A stretch of 64,000 nt of DNA, taken from an uncultured Chloroflexia bacterium. GTDB lineage: Bacteria; Chloroflexota; Limnocylindria; Limnocylindrales; CSP1-4. This document shows, in pieces, positions 28,567 to 38,457 of this stretch (position 1 is the stretch's first letter; each line of letters begins with the position of its first letter). The position numbers were made by a program, and so were the translations under genes. Below the pieces are notes generated by a model. The model had not been told where the DNA came from, did not search any database, and saw only the letters and a list, made by a program, of their open reading frames with translations. Location of the stretch: assembly GCA_963766735.1 (NCBI GenBank), contig CAVYBU010000004.1, positions 32,001 through 96,000 of the forward strand. Reading direction: 5' to 3'.

Positions 28567-30816
28567 ATGCACCGACCGCTCCTCGTCATCACCCTCGCCA
28601 TCGCAGGCGCCCTCGCGCTCGCCGGCATCCAGCCGCCGCACGCGTCCGCGGCCGAGGGCTACGGCGAGACCGGGACCACGGTCTACGCGCTGGACCCGGC
28701 GAAGGGCCTGCTGCGGGTCACCGTGACGCTGAAGGTCACCAACAGCACCCCGGACACCAGCGAGCCGTACACCTGCCTCAAGTACAGCACCGACTGGTTC
28801 CCGATCCCCTACCTCGCCACCTGCTACGAAACGACCCGCTACGCCCTGACGACGACCACGGCGCTGGTCGAGAACGAGGCGGATTCGATCAGGGCGGAAT
28901 CCGGCGGCAAGCGGCTCGAGGTGAGTACCGGGGCCGCGGGTGTCTCGTATCGCGCCGTCACCATCGCCTTCCCGGAGCTGCTCTACGGCAAGACCCGGAC
29001 GGTCACCCTCACGTACACGGTCAAGGGCGGCGGACCCCGGAGCGCGACGTCCACCAGGACGATGCAGGCCTTCGCCAACTTCTGCGCCATCGCCAACGGC
29101 GCGGACAAGGGCTCGGTGACGGTCCGCATTCCGAAGGCATTCAAGGTCGACACGACCGGCAAGAAGCTGAAGTCGAAGGTCGTGGGCAAGGACCGCGTCT
29201 TCACCAGCGGCTCGATCGCCCACCCGACGGACTGGTTCGCCTGCTTCACCGGCACGAACAAGGCGGGCTTCAAGACGCAGAAGCTGACCGGGCCCGACGG
29301 TCGAACGATCCAGCTGCGCTCCTGGCCCGAGGACCCCGCGTGGGCGAAGGGCGTCCGCGCCGACGTCGCGTCCAGCCTGCCCCAGCTCGAGCGCCTGACC
29401 GGAACGGGCATGAATGGAACGATGGCCCTCAACGTCCAGGAGTCGTCCACGGGCGACCGGTACGCCGGGTTCTACGACGCGGAGACGAACACGGTCACGG
29501 TTGACGAGGACTTCAGCCAGCCGTCGCTGGTGGAGCACGAGCTGGCCCACGTCTGGTTCAACGGCGCGCAGTTCAAGGAGACCTGGCTCAGCGAGGGCTT
29601 CGCCGAGTGGGCGGCGCGCAGCGTGAGCGAGGACGATGTGGGTTGCTCCCGACCCGACGCCCCGCCCTCGAGCATCACGCTGGCGAAGTGGCGCTACCTC
29701 GCGCCTCGCGCCGGCCCGGCGGAGCGCGAGGCCGTCGCAGACCAGTACCAGGCCGCCTGCTACGTGGTCACGGCAATCGCGACCACCGCGGGCGAGGAGC
29801 GGATGACGGCCGTGGTCTCGGCCCTGCTCGGGCGGCGAGACCCGTACTCCATCGACGCTGCAGCGACGCGCGCGACACCCGTGGCCACGTGGAGGGACTG
29901 GCTGGACGCGGTGGACGAGCTCGCGCTCGCGCCTTCCGGCGCGTCGGAGGGTCTGGCGTCGGACCTGCTCCTCGAGTACGGGGTCGCAACCGACCGGGCC
30001 CTGCTGGCCAGGCGGGCGGAGGTCAGGCTGGCGTACCGGGAGCTGCTTGGGACGGTGGACGGCTGGGTCGTGCCGCCGGTCGTGCGCGCGCCCCTGGCCA
30101 CCTGGACATTCGACGCGGCCGGGTCCGCGATCGAGGCCGCGGGTCGCACCTGGGAGCTGACCGGCGAGACGGACACCGTGCTCGAGGGTGTGGACGCGCG
30201 CCACGGCCCGGCCGCCGAGGCATGGGAAGGCGCGGCGACGCTCGCCGACCTGGAGGCGGCGACGGACCTTGCGGAGCGGCAGCTCAACGCGGCACGGGAC
30301 GTGGCCGACGTCCTGGCGCTGGTCGACCGGCCGCTCGACGTCGTGCAGCAGGTGGGCCTGTTCGGGGTGCAGATCCCAAGCCCGGACGCGGCCATCCCGG
30401 CGGTCCGTGCGGGGGATGGGGACGCGGTTGCCGGGATCACCGCGGAGGTCCGGGCCACCCTCGCCGGCCTGCGGGCGACCGGGCAGCAGCGGATCGCCAT
30501 CGGGGGCGTCACCCTGTCCCTCCTCCTGGCCCTGCTCGCGGGGTTCGTGGTCTGGCGGGCGCGCACCAACTCGCGCCGCCGGGCCGCCGGGCACGCGGCC
30601 GCCACGGTCGTCGCCACATCTGCTGGTCACCAGCGTGTTCCGGAGTCCACCGACGCCGCCCGGCAGCCGTGGTCCGTGAACCCCCTGGACGATTCACCAA
30701 CGCAGGTCTGGGCCGGGCCGATCGTGCCCACCGAAGCCGATCCGGATCCCGAGATCGGGACGCTGGTGCGCTCGGCCCCGCAGCCCCAGGAGCCGCCTCA
30801 CACACCCTGGCCCTGA
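28567..30816 (+). CDS. Exported, C-terminally membrane-anchored zinc metallopeptidase (gluzincin/M1-like)
   Basis: Signal peptide, HELAHVW plus WLSEGFAEW, C-terminal TM helix and Pro-rich tail. Confidence 0.75.
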   Translation: MHRPLLVITLAIAGALALAGIQPPHASAAEGYGETGTTVYALDPAKGLLRVTVTLKVTNSTPDTSEPYTCLKYSTDWFPIPYLATCYETTRYALTTTTALVENEADSIRAESGGKRLEVSTGAAGVSYRAVTIAFPELLYGKTRTVTLTYTVKGGGPRSATSTRTMQAFANFCAIANGADKGSVTVRIPKAFKVDTTGKKLKSKVVGKDRVFTSGSIAHPTDWFACFTGTNKAGFKTQKLTGPDGRTIQLRSWPEDPAWAKGVRADVASSLPQLERLTGTGMNGTMALNVQESSTGDRYAGFYDAETNTVTVDEDFSQPSLVEHELAHVWFNGAQFKETWLSEGFAEWAARSVSEDDVGCSRPDAPPSSITLAKWRYLAPRAGPAEREAVADQYQAACYVVTAIATTAGEERMTAVVSALLGRRDPYSIDAAATRATPVATWRDWLDAVDELALAPSGASEGLASDLLLEYGVATDRALLARRAEVRLAYRELLGTVDGWVVPPVVRAPLATWTFDAAGSAIEAAGRTWELTGETDTVLEGVDARHGPAAEAWEGAATLADLEAATDLAERQLNAARDVADVLALVDRPLDVVQQVGLFGVQIPSPDAAIPAVRAGDGDAVAGITAEVRATLAGLRATGQQRIAIGGVTLSLLLALLAGFVVWRARTNSRRRAAGHAAATVVATSAGHQRVPESTDAARQPWSVNPLDDSPTQVWAGPIVPTEADPDPEIGTLVRSAPQPQEPPHTPWP

Positions 30817-30852
30817 CGCCGGAGCGGGACCGGATGACGGTACCCTTCGGCC

Positions 30853-31821
30853 GTGGCCCCTGACCCCGCCCCGAGCGCCGTGACCCAGTCCGCCGTGCAC
30901 GGCAGGACCGCCGCCGTCGCCCTGCTCGTGCTCCTGACGCTCGTCTGGGGCGTGCACTGGGTGGTCGTCAAGGCGGGCCTGGACTACATGCCACCCCTGA
31001 CGTACGGGACGCTGCGGCTGCTCACCGGCCTGCTCACGATGCTCGCGATCCTGGGAGCCCGTCGGCGGATCCGTCGACCACCGCGCGCGGACCTGCCGAT
31101 CGTGGCCTCGGTGGGGCTGGCCCAGATCGCGGCCGGCGTCGTGGTCATGAACCTCGCGCTCCAGGTGGTCCCGGCCGGCCGCTCGTCGGTGCTGGTGTAC
31201 GCGATGCCGCTCTGGGTCGCGGTCCTCCTCTGGTTGCTGTTCGGGGTTCGGCCGCGCCGCAACGAGCTCGTCGGCCTGTTCCTGGGGATGTCGGGGATCC
31301 TGGTCCTCGTGAACCCGACCGTCATCGACTGGGGCGTTCCCGCGGAGCTCGCCGGGACGCTTGCGCTCATCGCCAACGGCATCCTGTGGGCCGGGGTCGC
31401 GATCCACATCCGGCGCCACACCTGGGTTTCGACGCCGCTGGACCTCCAGCCGTGGATGCTCCTGGTGGCCCTGGTGCCAGTGACCGCTGCCGCGCTCGTC
31501 CTGGAGTCCGGGCGCTCGGTCCAATGGGAGCTGGCCACCGTCCTGGTGCTCCTCTACAGCGGCCCGCTCGCGACCGGGTTCGCCAACTGGGCGAGCCAGT
31601 CGATCACGCGCTCGCTCGGACCGCTCGCCTCCGCGATGGGCTTCCTGGCGACGCCGGTCGTGGGCCTCGCGTGTGGCGCGTTGTTCCTGCATGAGTCCCT
31701 GGGGCTCATCGACATCGCGGGCTTCGCCCTGGTGCTGGGCGGCATCGCGGCGACCTCGCTGTTCCCGCCGCGTCCGGCCTCGGACGAGACGGCGAGCGGG
31801 CCGGCCGAAGCCGTCAGGTAA
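30853..31821 (+). CDS. EamA/DMT-family transporter
   Basis: About 10 TM helices; LVWGVHW..PPL..LR pattern. Confidence 0.85.
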   Translation: MAPDPAPSAVTQSAVHGRTAAVALLVLLTLVWGVHWVVVKAGLDYMPPLTYGTLRLLTGLLTMLAILGARRRIRRPPRADLPIVASVGLAQIAAGVVVMNLALQVVPAGRSSVLVYAMPLWVAVLLWLLFGVRPRRNELVGLFLGMSGILVLVNPTVIDWGVPAELAGTLALIANGILWAGVAIHIRRHTWVSTPLDLQPWMLLVALVPVTAAALVLESGRSVQWELATVLVLLYSGPLATGFANWASQSITRSLGPLASAMGFLATPVVGLACGALFLHESLGLIDIAGFALVLGGIAATSLFPPRPASDETASGPAEAVR

Positions 31822-31890
31822 CCCGCCCGACGCGGGAGCGGATTCACCCTCCGCGGTCCGGGCGGCGTGCTACCGTTGGGTGGTCTACCC

Positions 31891-31993
31891 GCCACGCGGT
31901 CGCGAAGCCGGTGCGAAACCGGCACAGTCCCGCTACGGTGATCGACCTCCACCCGAAGGTGGACGTCGGAAGTCCGATCGCCGACCACGTGGC
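31891..31993 (+). ncRNA. Cobalamin riboswitch
   Basis: GAAGCCGGTGCGAAACCGGCACAGTCCCGCTACGGTGA...AAGTCCGA..GCC core; terminal pairing GCCACG/CGTGGC; directly upstream of btuF. Confidence 0.85.
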
Positions 31994-32141
31994 CTAGCCG
32001 CTAAGACCCTCGTGAGAAAGGGGACAGGCAGGCATGTACCACTCCGACTGACGCCTCGCGTGTGCACGCGCCCGCCACCTTCCCGGCGACGGCGCTCCTC
32101 CTTGACGGCTCTCCGTTCACGTCATTCACGCGAGGTTTCCG

Positions 32142-33176
32142 ATGTCCCGATTCCGCCGAACGCCGGTGGCCGCGTCCCCAATCCTGGTTGCATTCCTGGT
32201 CGCGCTGCTAGCGGGTGCCTGCACCGGCGGCGCGTCATCCACGCCCGACACGGCGCCCGGAACACCGGCCGACACCGTCCCGGCTGCCACCCCCGCCCCT
32301 GTCTCCACACCTGCTCCCAGCGCGAGCCCCGCGGCCGCGTTCCCGGTCACGGTGACCGGCTTTGACGGCACCGAGGTGGTCATCGAGTCACGGCCGGAGC
32401 GGATCGTGTCGCTCACGCCCGCCGCCACCGAGACCCTGTTCGCGATCGGCGCCGGCGACCGGATCGTCGGCCGGTCCGAGGATCCCAACCCCTATCCCGT
32501 CGAGGCGGCGGACATCCCCGCCCTCACCAGCATGATGGCCGTGGACCTCGAACAGGTCGTGGCGCTCGAGCCCGACCTCGTGATCGCGGGCGGGCTCGGG
32601 TTCACCCCGGACGAGGCGGTGACCCAGCTGCGGAACGCGGGGATCCCCGTGGTTGTCGTGTACGCCATGGATGTGGCCGGAGTGCTGGACGACATCCGGA
32701 CCATCGGCAAGGTCTCGGGCGATGAGGAGGCCGCGAACGCCCTCGCCGACGGCATGCGGTCGGACATCGACGCCATCGCCGCGGCGGCCACCGCTACCGG
32801 AGCGGCGCGTCCGAGCGTGTTCTACGAGATCGACGCGTCGGGCGACATCTACGGCCCGGCTGACAACTCGTTCATCGCCGAGATGGTCTACCTCGCGGGC
32901 GGCGATCCGATCACGACCGGGAGCCCGGACGTGTACTCCATCCCGCTGGAGCGTCTCATCCAGGCCAACCCCGAGGTCATCCTGCTGGGCGATGCGGCCT
33001 ACGGGGTGACACCCGAGGCCGTTGCCGGCCGGACCGGTTGGGGAACCATGGCAGCAGTCGCGTCCGGGGCTGTCCGCCCGGTGGACGACGTCGTGATCAC
33101 GCGGCCGGGACCGCGCCTCGGTGAGGGTCTCCGCGCCCTCGCCACGGCGATCAACCCCGGCGTGACGCTGCCGTAG
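32142..33176 (+). CDS. btuF: Cobalamin ABC transporter substrate-binding lipoprotein
   Basis: Lipobox LAGAC, PERIVSLTPAATETLFAIG, EPDLVI, RPGPRL. Confidence 0.85.
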   Translation: MSRFRRTPVAASPILVAFLVALLAGACTGGASSTPDTAPGTPADTVPAATPAPVSTPAPSASPAAAFPVTVTGFDGTEVVIESRPERIVSLTPAATETLFAIGAGDRIVGRSEDPNPYPVEAADIPALTSMMAVDLEQVVALEPDLVIAGGLGFTPDEAVTQLRNAGIPVVVVYAMDVAGVLDDIRTIGKVSGDEEAANALADGMRSDIDAIAAAATATGAARPSVFYEIDASGDIYGPADNSFIAEMVYLAGGDPITTGSPDVYSIPLERLIQANPEVILLGDAAYGVTPEAVAGRTGWGTMAAVASGAVRPVDDVVITRPGPRLGEGLRALATAINPGVTLP

Positions 33177-33186
33177 GCCGCGGCGG

Positions 33187-34269
33187 ATGACGGGCAGGGC
33201 GATGCGCCTGTCGCGACCCTGGACCGGGGTACGGCTGCGCATCGGACGGCTCGGGCAGCGGCCCGGGATGCTTGCCGCCGGTGGCGTGGTCGCCCTGCTG
33301 GTCGTGATGATGCTGGCCGTGGCCGCCGGCTCGGTCAGCATCGAGCCGGCCACGACCCTGGCGGTCATTCTTCGTGCCATCGGTCTCCCGGTCACGGAGA
33401 CCTGGGCGCCAAGCACGACGGTCATCGTCATGGACCTGCGGGTCCCGCGGGTCCTGACCGCCGCCGTGGTCGGCGGGGGCCTCGCGGTCGCCGGCGCCAC
33501 GTTCCAGGGCCTGCTCCGCAACCCGCTGGCCGACCCGTACGTGCTGGGCTCGGCGAGCGGCGCCGCCCTGGGAGCGGCGATCGCGGTGCTCATCCCCGTC
33601 CAGATCGCAATCCTCCAGCTGGGACTCCTGAACCTGCTCGCCTTCGCCGGCGCGCTCGGCGCAACGGCCGCGGTGGTCGCCATCGGGCATGCCAGGGGGA
33701 TGGGCTCCATGACCACCCTGCTGCTGACCGGCTACGCGATCAGCTCCCTGCTGGCTGCAGGCCTGGCGATGGCCATGTACGCCTCCGGCACGGAGCTGCG
33801 CCAGATCTTCGACTTCCTGCTCGGCGGCCTCAGCGGCTCAACGTGGACACGGCTGGCCATCGCAGCACCGCTCGTGATCGGGGCCACGGTGGCGATCCAG
33901 TGGCGCGCGGGCGCCCTGGACGGCATGCTGCTCGGCGAGGAGGCGGCCGCGCACCTGGGCGTGAACGTCGGTCGGGAGCGCACGGTCCTGCTGGGCCTCG
34001 GCTCGCTGGCGACGGCCGCCGCGGTCGCGATCAGCGGCCTGATCGGTTTCGTCGGCCTGGTCGCCGCACATGCCGTCAGGCTGGTGGTGGGACCCGAGGC
34101 ACGCCGCGTGATCCCGCTCTCTGCCCTCTTCGGCGCGATCCTCCTGGTGATGGCGGACCTCATCGCGCGGCTCCTGGGCGAGATCCCCGTGGGCGTCGTG
34201 ACGGCCTTGATCGGCGCCCCGATCTTCGTCTGGCTGCTGGTCCGCAGCCGGTCCGCCTACGAGGTATGA
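33187..34269 (+). CDS. btuC: Cobalamin ABC transporter permease (FecCD/BtuC)
   Basis: LRVPRV, QGLLRNPLADPYVLG, GEEAAAHLGV, GLIGFVGL, PVGVVTALIGAP. Confidence 0.9.
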   Translation: MTGRAMRLSRPWTGVRLRIGRLGQRPGMLAAGGVVALLVVMMLAVAAGSVSIEPATTLAVILRAIGLPVTETWAPSTTVIVMDLRVPRVLTAAVVGGGLAVAGATFQGLLRNPLADPYVLGSASGAALGAAIAVLIPVQIAILQLGLLNLLAFAGALGATAAVVAIGHARGMGSMTTLLLTGYAISSLLAAGLAMAMYASGTELRQIFDFLLGGLSGSTWTRLAIAAPLVIGATVAIQWRAGALDGMLLGEEAAAHLGVNVGRERTVLLGLGSLATAAAVAISGLIGFVGLVAAHAVRLVVGPEARRVIPLSALFGAILLVMADLIARLLGEIPVGVVTALIGAPIFVWLLVRSRSAYEV

Positions 34270-35147
34270 GCGCGATGGCCGAGACCACCGACTCCGCGCC
34301 CAGAACCTCGGACGCCGCCCTCCATGCCGGCGACCCGCCGTCCATCCGGCTGGCCGGGGTGAGCGCCGGGTATCGCGGCCGCCGGGTGCTCCACGACCTG
34401 AACCTCGAGATCGCGCCGGCCGAGCGCATCGTCCTGGTGGGCCCGAACGGCGCCGGCAAGTCCACCATGCTGCGCGTCCTGACGGGAGTGGTGGTACCGG
34501 ACACGGGCACGGTCCACCTGGGCGACGATCTGCTCGCCTCGTTCGACCGGCGGTCGATCGCCCGCAGGATCGCCGTCGTGCCGGGGGGCGCCACTCTGCC
34601 GTTCTCGACCCAGGTGGCCGGGGTGGTGGCCCTCGGCCGGCTTCCGTACATGGATCCGTTCCACGGACCCGGCGAGGCGGACCGGCTTGCCGTCGACGTC
34701 GCCATCGAGGCCACGGGGATCGGCCACCTCCGCGACCGCGACGTGCATGAGCTGTCGCTCGGAGAACGCCAGCTGGTCCTGGTCGCCATGGCCGTCGCCC
34801 AGCACACCCCGATCCTCATCCTCGACGAGCCCACGGTGCACCTCGACCTCCAGCACCAGGTGGCGATGATGGAGCTGCTGGCGACCCTGAACCGCGACCA
34901 CCGGATGACGGTCATCGCGGTCCTCCATGACATCGCCCTCGCGGCGCACTTCTTCGACCGGATGGTCGTCCTGGACAAGGGACGGATCGTGGCCGACGGC
35001 GCGCCGGAGCACGTCCTCACCGGCGGCACCCTGCGCACGACGTTCGGCGTGGAGCCGGCGCTGTTCGCCAGCCTCGCCGGAGCGCTTGGCGGGCCTGCCG
35101 CGAACGGGCATGGGCCTACCCTGGACCCGCCGGGCGCGGACTCGTGA
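34266..35147 (+). CDS. btuD: Cobalamin ABC transporter ATPase
   Basis: [28 protein letters not shown]. Confidence 0.85.
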   Translation: MSAMAETTDSAPRTSDAALHAGDPPSIRLAGVSAGYRGRRVLHDLNLEIAPAERIVLVGPNGAGKSTMLRVLTGVVVPDTGTVHLGDDLLASFDRRSIARRIAVVPGGATLPFSTQVAGVVALGRLPYMDPFHGPGEADRLAVDVAIEATGIGHLRDRDVHELSLGERQLVLVAMAVAQHTPILILDEPTVHLDLQHQVAMMELLATLNRDHRMTVIAVLHDIALAAHFFDRMVVLDKGRIVADGAPEHVLTGGTLRTTFGVEPALFASLAGALGGPAANGHGPTLDPPGADS

Positions 35148-35184
35148 GCAGCAACCCTGCCCCGCCAACGCCGGGCGCGACGTC

Positions 35185-36003
35185 GTGAGCAGCAGCCCCG
35201 CTGCGTCCTCGCCGGGCCTGGACATCGTGGCCGAGATCCGCGCCGCAACGGCGCTCCTGACCCGGCTGCCGGTCCGCCTGCCAGAGGGCAGGACCGGATC
35301 CGCGGCCTTCGCGGCCGTGGGTGCCGCGCTCGGGGCGCTGGCGGCCTTGCCCGCCGCCCTGCTGGCGGGGATCGCCCCGGTCCTGGGCGCGATGCTCGCG
35401 CTGGGCGCGATCGAGCTCGCGACGGGCTTCCTCCACCTCGACGGCCTCGCCGACACGGCCGACGCGCTCGCGGCCCCGGATCCGTCGCGTGCCGAGGCGG
35501 CCCGGAAGGACCCCCGGATCGGCTCTGCCGGCGCGGGCGCCATCGTCATCGTCCTGGGTGCCGCGGCGGGAGCCCTGGTCGCGATCCCGGCCTCGGCGGT
35601 GGTCGGAGCGCTGGTCGTGGCGGGAGCCGCGTCGCGAGCGGTCCCGGCCGTCGCCGCTCCCCTGATCGGCCGGTCAGGGGCACCGGAGCCGGGATTCGGG
35701 GCCTGGTTTGCAGCTGGGTCGGGACGCGGCGGAGCGGTGGCCTCGCTCATCGTCAGTGGCGTTGTGACCATCCTTGCCGCCACGGCCGGGTGGATGCTGG
35801 CGCCGGGCCCCGGGCCGGACACGGTCACCGTTGTCGCGCCCGTCCTGGGCCTCGCCGCCGGCCTGGCGGCCGGGCTGGCCCTGTGCGCCGGCCTCCGGGC
35901 GCGGTTCGGCCACCTCGTCGGCGACCACTACGGGGCATCCATCGAGGTTGGGTTCCTGGCGGCGCTGGCCGCCCAGGCGATCGCCTGGGGCGTGGTGAGG
36001 TGA
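35185..36003 (+). CDS. cobS: Adenosylcobinamide-GDP ribazoletransferase (start approximate)
   Basis: LLTRLP, TGFLHLDGLADTAD, KDPRIGSAG, GDHYGA. Confidence 0.85.
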   Translation: MSSSPAASSPGLDIVAEIRAATALLTRLPVRLPEGRTGSAAFAAVGAALGALAALPAALLAGIAPVLGAMLALGAIELATGFLHLDGLADTADALAAPDPSRAEAARKDPRIGSAGAGAIVIVLGAAAGALVAIPASAVVGALVVAGAASRAVPAVAAPLIGRSGAPEPGFGAWFAAGSGRGGAVASLIVSGVVTILAATAGWMLAPGPGPDTVTVVAPVLGLAAGLAAGLALCAGLRARFGHLVGDHYGASIEVGFLAALAAQAIAWGVVR

Positions 36004-36635
36004 GCGCTGCGCCGCGCGAGAGCGGGAAGCTGATCGCATTCGCCCGACACGGTGAGACGGCCTGGACGGGCAAGCGGTTCGCCGGTCAGAGCGACCTCCC
36101 GCTCACCGACCGCGGACGTGAGAGCGCCGCGTCCCTGGCCGCCCGCGTCGTGAGGTCCGGCGTGGTGGACGACCCGGCATCGGTCATCGTCGCGAGCCCG
36201 CTCCGCCGCGCCCGGGAGACCGCCCAGATCGTGGCGGAGGCCGTGGACCGGCCGGTGGAGACCGATCCTCGATGGATGGAGGTGGGCTTCGGCTCCGTCG
36301 AGGGCCTCACCTTCGACGAGGCGAGCATCGCCTGGCCGGCGATCACTGCCCGCATGGGCGCGGGCGACGTGGCGGTCGACTGGCCGGACGGCGAGACATG
36401 GCTCGGCGTTCTCGAGCGAGTTGCCGCGGCCCTCGATGACGTCCTCGGGCGGGACGTGCCGGTCCTGGTCGTCGGTCACGGCATCGCGATCCGGGCGGCG
36501 CTCACGGTGCTGGTGGGCACGACCGCGGAGCCGGACAGCATCCCCGGGCTGTCCCCGGCAGGATTGATCGTCGCCAGGAGGTCGTCCCGAGGCTGGGTCC
36601 TGGAGACGCCCGGAGTCGATGGGGACCAGGCCTGA
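36000..36635 (+). CDS. cobC: Histidine phosphatase (alpha-ribazole phosphatase-like)
   Basis: RHGET, SPLRRARETA, E..FG, VGHG; cob operon context. Confidence 0.75.
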   Translation: MSAAPRESGKLIAFARHGETAWTGKRFAGQSDLPLTDRGRESAASLAARVVRSGVVDDPASVIVASPLRRARETAQIVAEAVDRPVETDPRWMEVGFGSVEGLTFDEASIAWPAITARMGAGDVAVDWPDGETWLGVLERVAAALDDVLGRDVPVLVVGHGIAIRAALTVLVGTTAEPDSIPGLSPAGLIVARRSSRGWVLETPGVDGDQA

Positions 36636-37270
36636 TGGGCCGCCTGGAGCTGGTCACGGGTGGGGCGCGGAGCGGCAAGAGCGCATTCGCCGAGGGCCGC
36701 GCGCTCACGCTGGCGGAGGCACGGGGCCCGGCGGCCGTCGTCACCTACGTCGCCACCGCGCTCGCCTCCGACAGCGAGATGGAGGCGCGGATCGCCCATC
36801 ACCGTGCACGACGCCCGACGGCGTGGCTGTCGGTGGAGGCCCCGATGCAGCTCGCGGAGGCCCTCGTGGATGCCTGCGTCTCCTCCGACGTGGTGCTGGT
36901 GGACTGCCTGGCGGTGTGGACGGCCAACCGCCTGCTTGCGCTCGGCGATCCCGAGGCATCGGACGGTCCGTCCCCGCCGGCCTGGTGGCGGGAAGTCGCC
37001 GAGCTGGAGGTGATCCTCGTGGCGGAATGCGAGGCGGCGCTCGACTCGGTCGGTATCGGCACCGCGGACGTGGTCCTCGTCACCAACGAGGTGGGCCTGG
37101 GGCTGGTGCCGCCGACGCCGATCGGGCGCGCCTACCGGGACCTCCTCGGCCGCCTCAACCAGCACCTGGCGCGCCGTGCCGATGCCGTCCACCTGGTCGT
37201 CGCCGGCTTCGCGCTCGACCTTGCCACCCTCGCCACCCCGATCCCCAGAGGAGATGACCTTGTCCGCTGA
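36635..37270 (+). CDS. cobU: Adenosylcobinamide kinase/guanylyltransferase
   Basis: GGARSGKS, YVATA, EM..RI..H, LVDCL, VTNEVGLG, RDLLGRLNQ. Confidence 0.93.
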   Translation: MGRLELVTGGARSGKSAFAEGRALTLAEARGPAAVVTYVATALASDSEMEARIAHHRARRPTAWLSVEAPMQLAEALVDACVSSDVVLVDCLAVWTANRLLALGDPEASDGPSPPAWWREVAELEVILVAECEAALDSVGIGTADVVLVTNEVGLGLVPPTPIGRAYRDLLGRLNQHLARRADAVHLVVAGFALDLATLATPIPRGDDLVR

Positions 37271-38339
37271 CGACCTCCATGCGAGGATCGCGGCCACCAT
37301 CGCCCGGATGCCGCTGCCCGACGAGGCGGCGGCAGCAGCAGCGCGGGAGCGCCAGGTCCAGCTCACCAAGCCGGCCGGCAGCCTCGGCCGCCTGGAGGAC
37401 CTGGCCATCCAGGTGGCCGCGACGACAGGCCGCCCGCGCCCGCGCCTGCCCCGCAAGGCGGTGGTCGTGATGGCGGCCGATCACGGCGTCACCATCGAGG
37501 GCGTGTCCGCGTATCCCGCCGACGTGACCCCCCAGATGGTCGCCAACTTCCTGCGCGGGGGCGCAGCCATCAACGCGCTCGCGCGGGTTGCCGGCGCGCG
37601 GGTCGTGGTCGTGGACATGGGGGTGGCGGTCGAGATGCCGGCGCTCCCGGGGCTCGTGTCCGCGCGGGTGGGTCCCGGGACGCGGAACATGGCTGCCGGC
37701 CCGGCGATGACCCGGGACGAGGCGGCCCAGGCCGTGGCGACGGGGATCCTCATCGCCGAAGGGCTCGTCGCCGACGGCGTCGACCTGGTCGCAACGGGTG
37801 ACATGGGGATCGGCAACACCACCGCGTCGGCCGCCATCACGGCGGTCATCACCGGGACCTCGCCATCCCTCGTCACGGGCCGGGGGACCGGCATCGACGA
37901 CGAGGGCCTCGCGCACAAGACGTCCGTCGTGGAGCGGGCGATCGCGGTCAACGCCCCGGACCCCGCGGACGGCCTCGGCGTGCTCGCCGCCGTCGGCGGC
38001 TTCGAGATCGGCGGACTGGCCGGCGTCATCCTGGGGGCCGCCTCGCTGCGGGTGCCCGTGCTGCTCGACGGGTTCATCTCGGGCGCCGCCGCACTCGTCG
38101 CCGCGACCATGTGCCCCGCCGTGCGTCCCCATCTCGTCGCGTCACACCGGTCCGTGGAGCTCGGCCACCGTGCGGCGCTGGAGTGGCTCGGCCTGGTCCC
38201 CCTCCTGGATCTCGACCTCCGCCTGGGCGAGGGAACGGGCGCCGCCCTGGCGATGCCGGTGATCGACGGCGCCCTCGCGGCCCTCGACGAGATGGCGACC
38301 TTTGCCGAGGCTGCCGTGGCCGGTCCGCTCGAGGCCTGA
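37254..38339 (+). CDS. cobT: Nicotinate-nucleotide:dimethylbenzimidazole phosphoribosyltransferase
   Basis: LTKPAGSLGRLE, ADHGV, GDMGIGNTT, GGFEI, LRLGEGTGA. Confidence 0.95.
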   Translation: MTLSADDLHARIAATIARMPLPDEAAAAAARERQVQLTKPAGSLGRLEDLAIQVAATTGRPRPRLPRKAVVVMAADHGVTIEGVSAYPADVTPQMVANFLRGGAAINALARVAGARVVVVDMGVAVEMPALPGLVSARVGPGTRNMAAGPAMTRDEAAQAVATGILIAEGLVADGVDLVATGDMGIGNTTASAAITAVITGTSPSLVTGRGTGIDDEGLAHKTSVVERAIAVNAPDPADGLGVLAAVGGFEIGGLAGVILGAASLRVPVLLDGFISGAAALVAATMCPAVRPHLVASHRSVELGHRAALEWLGLVPLLDLDLRLGEGTGAALAMPVIDGALAALDEMATFAEAAVAGPLEA

Positions 38340-38404
38340 TCCGGCGTCGCGGATCGAGTCCGCCCGAAGCCTGGTCCGAGGTCGTGGGCCGACTCGGCCC
38401 GCAA

Positions 38405-38450
38405 GTTGCGCACAACGCGTCTTGACCTCGTCCCAGGTGCGTATTACGCT
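38405..38450 (+). promoter_or_regulatory. Sigma70 promoter and near-palindromic candidate operator upstream of the IclR gene
   Basis: GTTGCGCACAAC (38405-38416); TTGACC(38422)-N17-TACGCT(38445); ATG 7 nt later. Confidence 0.65.
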
Positions 38451-38457
38451 GCCATCC

